Assembly: GCA_049724395.1 (NCBI GenBank)
Contig: JAUGWO010000020.1
Span: 62,001-126,000 of the forward strand
Direction: 5' to 3'
DNA: 64,000 bases
Origin: Spongospora subterranea f. sp. subterranea
Lineage: Eukaryota
Below are positions 12,647 through 23,700 of this stretch, in pieces. A program made the position numbers and the translations under genes. Position 1 is the stretch's first letter. Each line of letters starts with the position of its first letter. Below the pieces are notes generated by a model, which was not told where the DNA came from, did no database searches, and worked only from the letters and a program-made list of their open reading frames with translations.

Positions 12647-15600
12647 ATGTCACTCCTGTTGACGATCGCATTCCTGAACCTGGTTTGCGTGTCCGCTTAT
12701 GAGCTGATATCGGGCACGATACTCTGGACCAGTTCTGATGTTCGAACGATCAAGTATCAGGTGACGACGTCCTGGAGAGCGTCCGAGTTCAACATTACCG
12801 ACCGCGATCTTGCCGCCAGGACCCGGATCGCCGACCTGATCCGGTTTCGATCGAATCATGACGATCCACATAGTCAGCAATCGTACGACGGTCGCGTGGT
12901 CGGCTACCTGCCGTTGTCGGACGTGTTCATGGCGCGATCAACCATTTCAATATCGTACGATTATGATGGTGTCATCACTGCCTCGGTGCAATCGCCATAC
13001 CATGAGGTCAATGGCGATCTGCTGTCGACAACGATCGTCATGATCGGCGGAAAATCAGCGATATACGAATCTGCCCAAATCAGCCTGCCCCCTAAAGTAA
13101 TATCATCGTCATTGCAGTTTCCCCAACCTCAGCTCAACGGGACTTTCAGATTTCGATTTGTTCAGGATGGTCGGCACCATTCAACGTCTCCGTCATCATC
13201 CCAGCGCGATCCAGTGCCAGATATCGTGTGTCAACGCTTCCCTCGCTATCGTCACCGCCAACGGTCCCGGTTTCCGCCTCCGTTGCTGTGCCAGACGATG
13301 GGATTATCCACCTGAAGCTGGACCAAGACAGTTCCTCCTACCTGAAGATCACCATCGACCTGACGGACGACCTGACACTTTACCAATCTCATAACGACCT
13401 CATATTCAAGGTTCGCCCTTCCAGTAATAGCAAACTCGCCATTGCTCAACGCAGCCGAACAGATATGGATCGCAGAGCCGTGCACGTTGAGCACATATTC
13501 AACGTCTTTATCTTCTCGGCTCCCAATCCGACAAATCGTTTTTCTCGGAAAACCGTTCAACTTAGATTTCCGTTATAACAACGAAACCAGGGTAGGAAGA
13601 TTCGATGTTCCATCCGCCCATAATAGTCGCTCATTCCCTTCCCATAGCATCCGCTAATGGTGGCGACGTTCCCGTACGATCCCTGGTCGTCGATCGCTGG
13701 CGAGACCTTCACCTATACGGCGGCGAATCAGGAGGACAGATTGGTCTGCATTGTGTCGACCGATGATCTGATCAGCGCCCAACAATACGCATGCATGCAC
13801 GTCATCGCCATTGACGATAAATTGGGTCAAGCCCCCATCAGCGTATCGCCGGCGATCGCCGGACAGCAATGCGAAATCCGTTGGAACGCCGCCAACGGCG
13901 TCCTGTTCCAACTGATTATCGCTGACGAAGCTGGATTCGTCATCGGAGAAGTAATAGCAGCAAGAGAACCGTCACCTTCACGAATATATTTTGATGAACT
14001 TTTACAGGCGATAGGCAGCGTATCCACGACCGTATCCCAATACGTGGCGAGGGTGGTAGCGCCATCAACTCCCGGTCAATATCTGGTCATCGTCAGATAT
14101 GCGCTTTCGAAACAGGTCGGAAATCTTCGGAATTCTCGTCCAAAACGTGTGCCCCGGGATCGAGGCTGATATCGTCTTGTGATCCACAGCTCTATGGAAT
14201 GAGCCGACTAACGATCGTACCGCCATCGTCAGGGCAATCGCCCGAACTGGACAATGTCCCGTATATTCCCAACACCCTGATCCAGCTCAGCCAGAACGGA
14301 TCGGCGCCGGTCACGCTCTCGTCCACCAGCTCCATGATCAAAGTGTTCGACCAGCCGTTCACCGTCACCGTTCAGGTATTCGCTCGCGAATCCCCGACCG
14401 AACTCCCGCTGACGCCGCCATGTGTGTGTGTGTGTGTTCAGGTTCGCAACTACCTTGGGGCGGTACTACCGGACAGCGGGAAAACCGTCATCATCACGCT
14501 CAACAGCGTCCTGTTCTTCGGGTCGATGCGGTCGGGGGTGGCGGCGATCGTGACGACCCCGAGCCAGATCGGCCCGGCCACCATGATCGTCACGCTCCCG
14601 TACTCGAACAGCCCGGCGTTCACAACGGATCTGTCGATCGTCCCCCTCCCTGGTGAACCCTATCTCCAGACCTCGACCGTCTCAGGTCGACCAATGTTTT
14701 CCGTTGGAATTGCCGAGTTTTCGTGTGCGTTGAAGGGGGGTGAACTAACTGCTGTTATAGGTGGAGATGGTGGCACCGTTGCCGTTCTACGCACGATACG
14801 AGTATTGGCGAAAACATCGTCGGGGATCAACATCACCGAACAGAACACGTTCTCGTTCTCAGTCCGTATGTTGTGTTTGTTCAGTTCTAAGGAATTCCAC
14901 CGCTGATGGATGGGGTTCGCCGTTGTCAGGTCATCTGGCGTCGAACCTGTCGTTGTCGGTCGGGGCCGATGGTGTTCTGGGTTGCGATCCATCGATCCCG
15001 GAGGAGTTCTGCTTCAGTTGGACCCCGAGGTTCGTCGGCACATACCTGATCGAGATCCGCAATCAACCGCGGAATCGCATATTCTACACGAAGAATGTGA
15101 CGGCCGAAGCGGGAGCGATCGTCATCTCGCAAACGTAACGCGACGTGCCATTGGTTTCGATTTTGGACCTGAAACGCGGCACCTAGAACTGTGAAAGGGA
15201 CAGGAACGGAGAGTCGGGCGACGGTCGGCGATTCCCTTTACCTGTTGTTGACGGCTCGCGATCGCTATAGCAATCCGGTGCTGAACACGTCATCGCAAGT
15301 CCAGCGGTTTTCGGTATCGGTCGTCGACCAGTCCGAGCACGAACTCGATGTTTCCGCGCCGAGTTGGATTCAAGAGTACAGATTCGACCACCCACAGCCG
15401 CCGCCCCGAATTCGCTCGTGATCAGTGATTTGCGCTTGTTCAGGGGCGATATCGGATCATGGCGATCGGAGTTCAAAGCGCCAAGAATCGGGTCGCTGAC
15501 GGTATCAGTAAAGCTCAACGACGATCAGGTCGGGAATGAGCGTCTCTGCCACCTCCCCCGTCGATCCCCATTCACATGTTGGCGCCAGGTCTATTCGGGG

Positions 15601-15977
15601 AAGGTGGCGATATTCGCGCCGATCCAGTCGGTATCGATCCACTGGATCTGGTTGCCGCTATCGCTATCGTTCGCCGGGGCGATGGCCGCCGGCTACACCC
15701 TCCATCGCCGGAACGAGGCCGCCAGTTTCTACGTCAGTCCCAGCGGCACCGATGTTGGTCGTACCAACTCCCCCGCTGACCTGACCGTATTTCTTGGCAG
15801 GATCCGGCCAACCTGTCGATGTTGGATCAGGCCAACGACTCCTACGATTCGCCATCGCACGAGTTCGCCTTCGTCAGCCAGAAAGGGATTCTGATCTCGT
15901 ATAGTAATCCGATCAAATTATCTGGCCACGATCCAAACAAACAACCCAACGTCAAAACCGTAAGTCGGGGGTGGTGA
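12647..15977 (+). CDS. Type I membrane protein with signal peptide and Ig/filamin-like beta repeats, multi-exon (3' end approximate)
   Basis: Signal peptide MSLLLTIAFLNLVCVSA. Filamin-repeat-like motifs ATVGDSLYLLLTARDRYSNP, WTPRFVGTYLIEI and FKAPRIGSLTVSVKLND. Single TM WIWLPLSLSFAGAMAAGYTL followed by HRR. Confidence 0.6.
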
Positions 15978-16415
15978 CGATTTCCATCCTGGGCAATTGC
16001 GCCAATTCAATTCCCGATTTTTTTTTAAGTCGTCAACGACGAACAAACGCCCATTTGCGAAGGAACAACTGGCGGCAGTGCCGTTATCGACTTCATCGAT
16101 GGCGTCGGACCGGTCGATGACGAATATTCCGCTGGGGTCGTGGACTAGCCATGGACGCCACGACGAATCGATGACGAATATATCGTCGGATTGTTCGCGG
16201 AATATCACCGTAATAATCACTCGCGTTTCGAAAACACACGACCGAACCTCGTCCCTGATACGTGTTCCGACAATAGGGGAGCTATTCTTCGGGCGCGGCG
16301 GTGGTCGAATCAGGTTCCGACAGCAGCTTGAGGCCGATAACCAGCGAGAGCGCCGGGGTGTTCCCGGTCGCGTTCCCCGTCGATCGCCAGCCGCTCGACG
16401 CATCATCGGCAACAC
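15918..16415 (-). CDS. Hypothetical protein (uncertain)
   Basis: 165-aa minus-strand ORF with a possible short intron; no recognisable motif. Confidence 0.2.
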   Translation of the reverse strand: MLPMMRRAAGDRRGTRPGTPRRSRWLSASSCCRNLIRPPPRPKNSSPIVGTRIRDEVRSCVFETRVIITVIFREQSDDIFVIDSSWRPWLVHDPSGIFVIDRSDAIDEVDNGTAASCSFANGRLFVVDDLKKNRELNWRNCPGWKSSPPPTYGFDVGLFVWIVAR

Positions 16416-16899
16416 CGCTATCTTTGATCACGTCATCAGTTCTGCGTCGTGTTGTCAGATGATAATAAACCGAAAAACCCACCGACAACACGCCGTAGAT
16501 CGCATTTGACCCAAATCCAGATCAAAATTGAGCTTCCCTGTGTTGACGGATTCCCAAACAATGGCGAAACAACAATTTCGCCATGTCATTCGATACTTGG
16601 TCTGTGGTACTCTGAACGATCCGAATGTCGCAATCGCTGAACTCGGCAGTTGCTGATCTGGAAGAAGTCGCCAATGCAGTCAGCCGTCAATTCAAGACCC
16701 TATACCAGAAGGATGTGGAGTTTCAGGCGCGGCGGGTTCGCAGCCAGCGCCAGCCGAGGGAGACCATATTCCACCTTGTGCAAGAGCGGAATATGGGTCG
16801 TGGACAGGACGCCACTGAGAAGATCCTGTCGAAACATCTGACGGCGGTTCGACAGTCGAAGGTCGACCAGGCAACCGTCGTGACCCGATATATCGCTCC

Positions 16900-18120
16900 A
16901 GATCCATGATGGCGTCTCGGAAGGCGAACATTCGCTGGTTCCCGGGCATGGAAACATCTGAACCCCGTTGTGCAAAACTTAGTAAACCGTCGTCGCGAAT
17001 GTTAACAAGTTGACACTCCGCCCAACAATGTTTCTCCAACCACCCACGATGACTGAATATGAATCTGATCAATAATTCCTCTTTGGGGAACGAGTTGGTC
17101 GTTACTTCTCAATAACTCGACCTGTTGAATTGACAGAGGGAGTACAGTAGCAGAATAGGTCGATGACGTTTGCTGAAGTAGAAAAGTTGAACACGGAAAT
17201 GAACGCAATGCTTGGTTTCACTGACTCCAACTTCAGGAAGCCAATCAACAGAGTTATCTGCTGTCCATTTGCTATTCAACAATTCAAAAATCTCACAAAT
17301 CTCTTCATTTCTACGCACCGGAATCAAGAAATTGGTACGTTTTTCATCTATGCAAATTGATTTTATGATTCCGGTCTTTGAAATGGAGAGATCTGTTCAA
17401 GATTCTCAGCTGTTGATAGCAGCTGATGGATTGCAAATAATGTCTCTTGAGTGGCTTCCTCGAAGTCGGAGTCAGTGAAACCCAGCATTGCGTTGCCTGT
17501 GTTCCATGTTCAACTTCTCTTCTGCAAAACAAAACTCAGATACCAATGCGAATAACCTGGCATCGAAACATCGTAGCAAGTTGATGATCTGCTTAACAAT
17601 GTTTCTCCGAGCGCCGACGACGACTTTGCAGTAAAAAATTGCATCTTTAGCTGGATGATCTTGAACTTGGCGAACAATTTTCCTATAAAAAATGCCGGAC
17701 TCGTAAAAACCACAGCGGAAATGTTTTTGAGATTATTGCAGTGAAAAGGCAGCCAACGATTTCCGTTGATCATATCGATAGCAAACCTTTCGAGATGACG
17801 GTTTTCCTGAACGCTGCCGATCAAGGTCTGACATTAGTGAGTTACTGTAGAAGGTGACAGGTGGCGTATTTTGTAAGAGGGATATCGCATTTATGGGGTC
17901 ATCTTCGATTTGAGATGGTTCGGGTTGATGGCACTGTTCCAACTCCGACTTGTCTTGACCAAAATGTCAATCCTGACAATTGTGTTGAGGCTGGTGACGA
18001 TCCCTCGTATGAACTTGTTGAAATCGGGTGTGTCGATCCTGTTGAAGATACTGTTGAGTGCCCATCCCAAACCATAGCCTCAAATAATTGCATCGCGATC
18101 GGTTCGCGCTTTGCCACATG
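16900..18120 (-). pseudogene. Ulp1/C48-like protease fragments (two diverged copies), probably MULE-associated
   Basis: NRWL...FTSPAFFIGKL and VSMPGYSHWYLSFV resemble the Ulp1 WL..F(F/Y) and P..HW motifs. A direct-repeat copy (EKHCWAECQL..DVSMPGN) at ~16940-17040 matches ~17550-17610. Confidence 0.4.
17168..17530. repeat. Foldback palindrome, arms ~17168-17333 and ~17355-17530
   Basis: Core aacgcaatgcttggtttcactgactccaacttc-aggaagcca versus the reverse complement aacgcaatgctgggtttcactgactccgacttcgaggaagcca. The ORF track shows VSLTPTS on both strands. Confidence 0.9.
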
Positions 18121-18176
18121 TCAAGTAATGCTGTCTACCGCGAAGGAATTTTCGCGTTCCATCGGATTCCGGGTTT

Positions 18177-20172
18177 TTGCCTAACCCACACTTTTCCATC
18201 CCCATCCGATCCATGGCCCGGGCGTTGAAGTCTGGCGCGAGGAAATATTTATTGCACATTCAAGGACCCCGTTGTCAAAACGGAAAAACGAGGGATCAAA
18301 CCAACTTGTACTTGGTCAATGAATTTATAGACCCTCTTCAAAATACATCATCACGAGCAGCTGCCAAAGACCACAATCATGAGATTGATGATTGTAATAT
18401 AACTCCCGTCGGTGGACTGAAACAAGTAACTCTTGACGTGGATCTGAATGCAAGCGAGCGTGAATTAATTCATAGTTTTGCTCGCTACAATTCACCGTTG
18501 TCTAAGGTATTCGCTGTTTGCACGTCTACAGTACATAAGTTACTGGGAGCCCATCTAATCAGATTAGGGAAATTATGGAGGGATCAAATCCTGGTAAAAC
18601 GTATTCGACTGGCCTCTTGTCCAGGTCAATCCGACGCGGAAAAGAATTGCATTTCGGCAAAGATCCGGATTGTATGACCAAGTTCATGGAAAGCGGGATA
18701 TGATCTTCGGGCTGCTGGAGGTGTTTTTAAGTATGCTATAGACACGTCGCAGCGTCTATCAAATGTTTACTTGCAGGTCTCAATCATCAGTGTTTCGTTG
18801 TCTCACCATTTTGTTTACCTATGGTTCAGACTGTTCAAATGTCGCAAAAATACGCCACAGTTTATGCCGAGTTCACCCTCGTTGATGGTACCCATAACAC
18901 CACCGCATATAATTTAAAGTTGATGCCGTTTACCAATGTTGATTGCCTGGGCAAATGTGTCATCAGTGGCGTCTTGCTCGACGAATCCGAGAACACTGCA
19001 GCAGTTTACGAGGCTTCGCGTCGATTCAGACTTGCTGTTCCCGGAGCAACTTTGGGGACTGATGGGGGATCTGCGTATCCAGGTGCTGCATCGACAGCCG
19101 GTATGCTTCACATTCTATGCAGTTATCACTTTCAACAAGAAGTATTTTCGTCCTGTGGCGGTCTCGACTCAATGTCAAACCTTTTCAAAAAAGGATGCGA
19201 TGGCACTTAAATATTCGTCATTTTCGACGGAGGAACATTTTTCCGAATATTACAAGTCGTGCATTGATCGATATGCTTCATATGCATCTGCCACCAGTTG
19301 CTTGCGCGATATATTCATGTCAAAAACCAAAGTTTGCAGATTGTTCACTGGTAATTTTAAGGATATATGTTAGGGGTTTGTCGCAAAGCATCAAGAATTC
19401 GATAATGTACAGGCCGCGTCTTCACTTGCAGTCAAGTTGCGTCACAACGGGGAGAGAGTGTGAATTTCCATTATAAAAGAGAAGGGAGTTAAACAAAAGG
19501 AGCTTCGTTCGTTTAATCTGGATCAGTTATGGCAGCATTTGATCAACCAGTTCAAACAGAATGGAAGCCCGGTCGCTCGCCATAATCTGCGACCTTATCC
19601 GCAGCAAAAAGAAATGGAGCAAGTTCGTCGACAACATGTGGCAAGAACAATTTCGAAAAGCTGCCGATCTTCCGCTGGCGGAATTGGCCGTTGATTGTGA
19701 TTTTGATTGGCGAGTGTTTTCCTCGGACCAGACTGTATCACATTTGGTGATACTTGCAAATGATCGCCTGGGGGGCATTCCAACCTGCAATTGTGCTTGT
19801 TTTATTTCTAGCTTGATTCCTTGCGCTGGCATCTGCGTTATTTTCAGCCGCATCAATGCAAGTCGCAAATTTTCACCGATGTTGGCGTCTGGAGTATCAT
19901 TTACTGTACACAAGAGCTTTGGAGAAGTTAAACTTGATTCATCCCAACGGATTTGATAACCTTCCCCAGAAACAATGGTTCCGGGAAATTCACAATCGCA
20001 TCTTGATAGTATGGCATATCAGAGTGTCCTGTATCCTGCCAATGCAGACGTTCGATATTCTAAGATTAATAATTTATGGAAATCAATCGAACCACATGCG
20101 ATTAGCAACGAACATACATACCGGTTGCTCACTGTGGATCTGCTGGCATTGAGCCCTTGCTATAATACGTAA
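18177..20172 (+). mobile_element. Mutator/MULE DDE transposase with SWIM-type zinc finger, frameshifted relic
   Basis: VDGTHNTTAYNLKLMPFTNVDCLGK, TDGGSAYPGAA and HILCSYHF are MULE catalytic and CxxH motifs; PTCNCACFISSLIPC is SWIM-like. Confidence 0.85.
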
Positions 20173-20752
20173 TGCAACGCTAGTTCAACCTGCTGCAAGT
20201 GGCCAAAGACTTCCGACAGCCGTTGACGATTGCATTACATGACGGCAGTAATGCTGAAGAAGGTACTACCGACAAGATCCGCCATTTGGACTGCACCTCT
20301 GTTTCAAAATAACTGATCGATTCGGAGTTTTCTGTTTGGAACAAGCTCATTTTTCAAGTTTTGCAATCCAATTTTTTGTGGTCGCTAGTTTGTGACGCAA
20401 CTTGATATTGTCCAAAATTTGAAGCGTTTGTGTATTTTGATGGAATATCGGTGTTTGAAACTGGTTTGGAGATTTGTGGGTAGTGCAATTTGAGTGATGA
20501 TGAGAGTGATGTCGTTAGGATGGTTACGTCTCTTGCCTGTTAGACACCATCTTCCTCAATTACTGTATTTACTCTTGAACTGCATACTTTCATTATCAAA
20601 TGAACGTTCCTGCTGCCGATGGACAAGTTGCAGATGAGGAGACCAACCGGAAACGGTTAACAGTGTTAAGCAACGATGCTCGCACACCTGTGTAAGTCTG
20701 TGACCGGATATGGGCAGAGCATACACAACGGCGCCAAACATCATTCCACCAG

Positions 20753-23700
20753 ATGTCATCTTCAGTCGAGGGTGACAACTCCTGGTCTAGCGCCACTATC
20801 CGAGGACAGTTCCTCGACGCGTACATATCCGATGGCAATGCGGATGGGTTTTCCGGGTGCCTGCGATCTTTGGCCGCGTCGTTGCGAAACATTAGCGAAG
20901 AAAAAGAGTGGATGTCTCGGTTCTCCCCTGCCGATGCGGGTTCTATGGCGACCTATGTTGATGTGTTGGCTAAATCAGCAGAGCTCTCGGATCGTATTGC
21001 GGCAATTCGTGCCACAACTGACGACAACGCGCTTGCAAAGTTGATTACAGATTTCATGAAAATCTTGGTGGATTTACCGTCAGAAAATGGGAGCGTCATT
21101 GTTGAGGGGGGTTTGACTGACAATGATGGGAGTCGAATCGCCATCTCCTATCTTATTATCAAGAGAAAGGATACTTTCTCGCTGGCGATTTGCAATACAG
21201 GAAGAGGCGCAGGACAGTATCATCCCACGTCCGGCGATCAGCATATCATGTCAACGATACTGATTGACAAAATACCAAGTAATTTGATGATCCATGACCC
21301 TGCTGTCAGTTATGTACTCTTGCGAATGGCAACAAAGCCCTCTTCCGAGTTCTCCCCAGCCATGCTCTATGAGGTAAAAAACCTTATTTCAAAATGCAAA
21401 TGCTTACACTCCTAATCAACTTTGTCTACATACGTATAGGTGATAATCCCATTCTTGTGCCAGAAAACTCTCAATGAAGTTATAGATCGCCAACAATTGC
21501 GAATCTATCGCAGGACTACTAAGTCCCCAATACCCTTTCGGTGTGCTCGTGATGCGCTTTTGTTCGGTTTAGTGCTTGCTGGATTACATGCAAAACATAT
21601 GAAATATCTTACCTTCCTAATCCGTTTTTCCATCCTTCGGGCAGCACACTCACAGAATTCCAAACTCCCAGAGCCTTACATCATGTCATCAATTATCCGA
21701 TCGATGGCCGCATGTGCACGTAAAAGAATATCATCAAATGCTTTGTCAGATCCAGTAATTCAACAAACAAAGGAGTTGCTACTAGCTTTATCAGTTAACA
21801 ACTGCGATAATACCGGCGCCGAAATTAATGACTCGCTGCCAGAGTTTCCTTCAACAGCGAGATGGTAAGTGCTGTTTCAGTTTCCAGAATTTAAAATCAA
21901 CAAAACCTTCAGGATGCCCATCCTTGAACAGGATCCGTTGGCAATTCGTTTTCAAGGGGAAGATTTGTATTTGTCAGCTCCAGCTCCAAATATTGCATTA
22001 CCACTTTATAGCCCCTCAGTAGTGCTTGGAGATCCATCAAAAGCAGAAATCAACCAAGACATAGTTGGTTTTTTACCGGAAATTACAGCCCGTGTTGGCA
22101 CATATTTATCGGAGCAACGCATCAAATCCCCGTTGGTCGTTCATGAGGTCTGCCAATACATTGAACGTATTGTGGTCACCTTAGAGTTGCCGGTCAAAAT
22201 TGGACTTACTCCTCTCCGCAACGCTGCTGATCAGCTGCGTTTAGCAAACTCAATCTATGACCTCGCGGAAATATACATGTCGAGCTCTTTCGCCATAGCT
22301 GACGACCCTGAATGCAGAACGAAATGGCGTCGAACTATTGTCATCAGTTACCTAACCTTGGTACACGATTCAGCATTGCGGCTACGCTTAATGCAAGAGC
22401 CCGTCCTCCCCCTCTCCATCGCGCTGTCGAATTTCACGCTCGACCTGTCCGACGGGATCGGTATACAGCGGCATCCCAACATCAGAGAACAATGATTAAA
22501 TAGTAATGATGATCAGGGACGGGATTCGAACAAGCGACTGCTAACGCTACCTTCATTGATGATCGACTGATGGCAGTCGCTCGATCAACGATTGTAACGT
22601 ACCTCTGTCGGACCAACGCCGTGCCTGATTCGTTACGAATCCATCCTTTGACAGTATCAGAATCCGGATTCGCAAATCAGTTTGATAGAACGTTACGGTT
22701 TTCATTAGGCGAGCGTTGCTGAGTCGGATCCGGTGGCCAAGTTTATCTGCCGCGCTATCAGTGCCGGTCATCTGGCTAATGGGCAGTTCCGACCGTGTGA
22801 TTTTCAATCTGGATTGCGCGCATTGGCGAATGATGCTGGTAGTCTGGACGTCCTGTGCCCTGGTCTGGTTCACTACCTTTCTTTCTCCTTATTGGCTTCA
22901 ATCTCACTTGATGTTAACTGTAAGGTCAAATGGTCGCAATGTTGAGGTTGTCTGATCTGTTGCAATGGATTGTAGCCGCATTTGTTCGAACTGGATTATA
23001 CGCATGTAAACAAGGGCTTTTTCGACCTGCATTTGTGATCGATTCGATATCCAATGATAGAAAGTCTGCTGTTATGCACATATCCATGCTATATCGTCCT
23101 CGACTGCGGTTCACTCGCCCTTCAAACGGATCATATAGTCAGTCAATGCTTGAAAAGGTCGGTATTGTTTATTTAACATTCATTACTTCACTTTGAACTC
23201 CAAATTGGTCAGGTGGCGACAACGATGAGGTCGTCCCTTTCTGGCACAAGAAAGTTCTGCACTGTATAGAATCGTCCAACAGACCAGCGGACCAATAACC
23301 TTAGTTATGTTGATGGATTTCACTTCATCGCGTCGACTTCATTTGGTTAACGAGCAATGGTATAGAGATTTGCTTCATTTCGTGATTTTTCGCTCTGGAA
23401 TACATAATGTAACAAATAATGCCAATGCATGCGATTAATCGTTTCTAATTCGGGCACAGCCTACCAACTCCGATAGTAGTATGTTAATTCCGAAGCAACA
23501 TACTCCTTCAATTGGACTGAGCGGGAGCAACGCGTTATTATCACATCGCAATCCATCAGACCTGGTGGCTTTCCTTATTGAGCTAGCGATGTTCGCTGAG
23601 GAGGTGAGTGCAAAATCTCGTCATCATACATATCATTAAGCATCTTATAGTTGATGCGCGATTCCTCGGAAGCGTTCCTGTTTGTCATTAAAATAATTAT

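Noticed and set aside
14421..14436. (TG)8 microsatellite giving CVCVCV in the ORF track
   Set aside because: Ordinary simple repeat inside a short intron.
16561..16584. 9-bp perfect hairpin atggcgaaa/tttcgccat
   Set aside because: Too short to be significant, and bacterial-style terminators are not relevant in this eukaryote.
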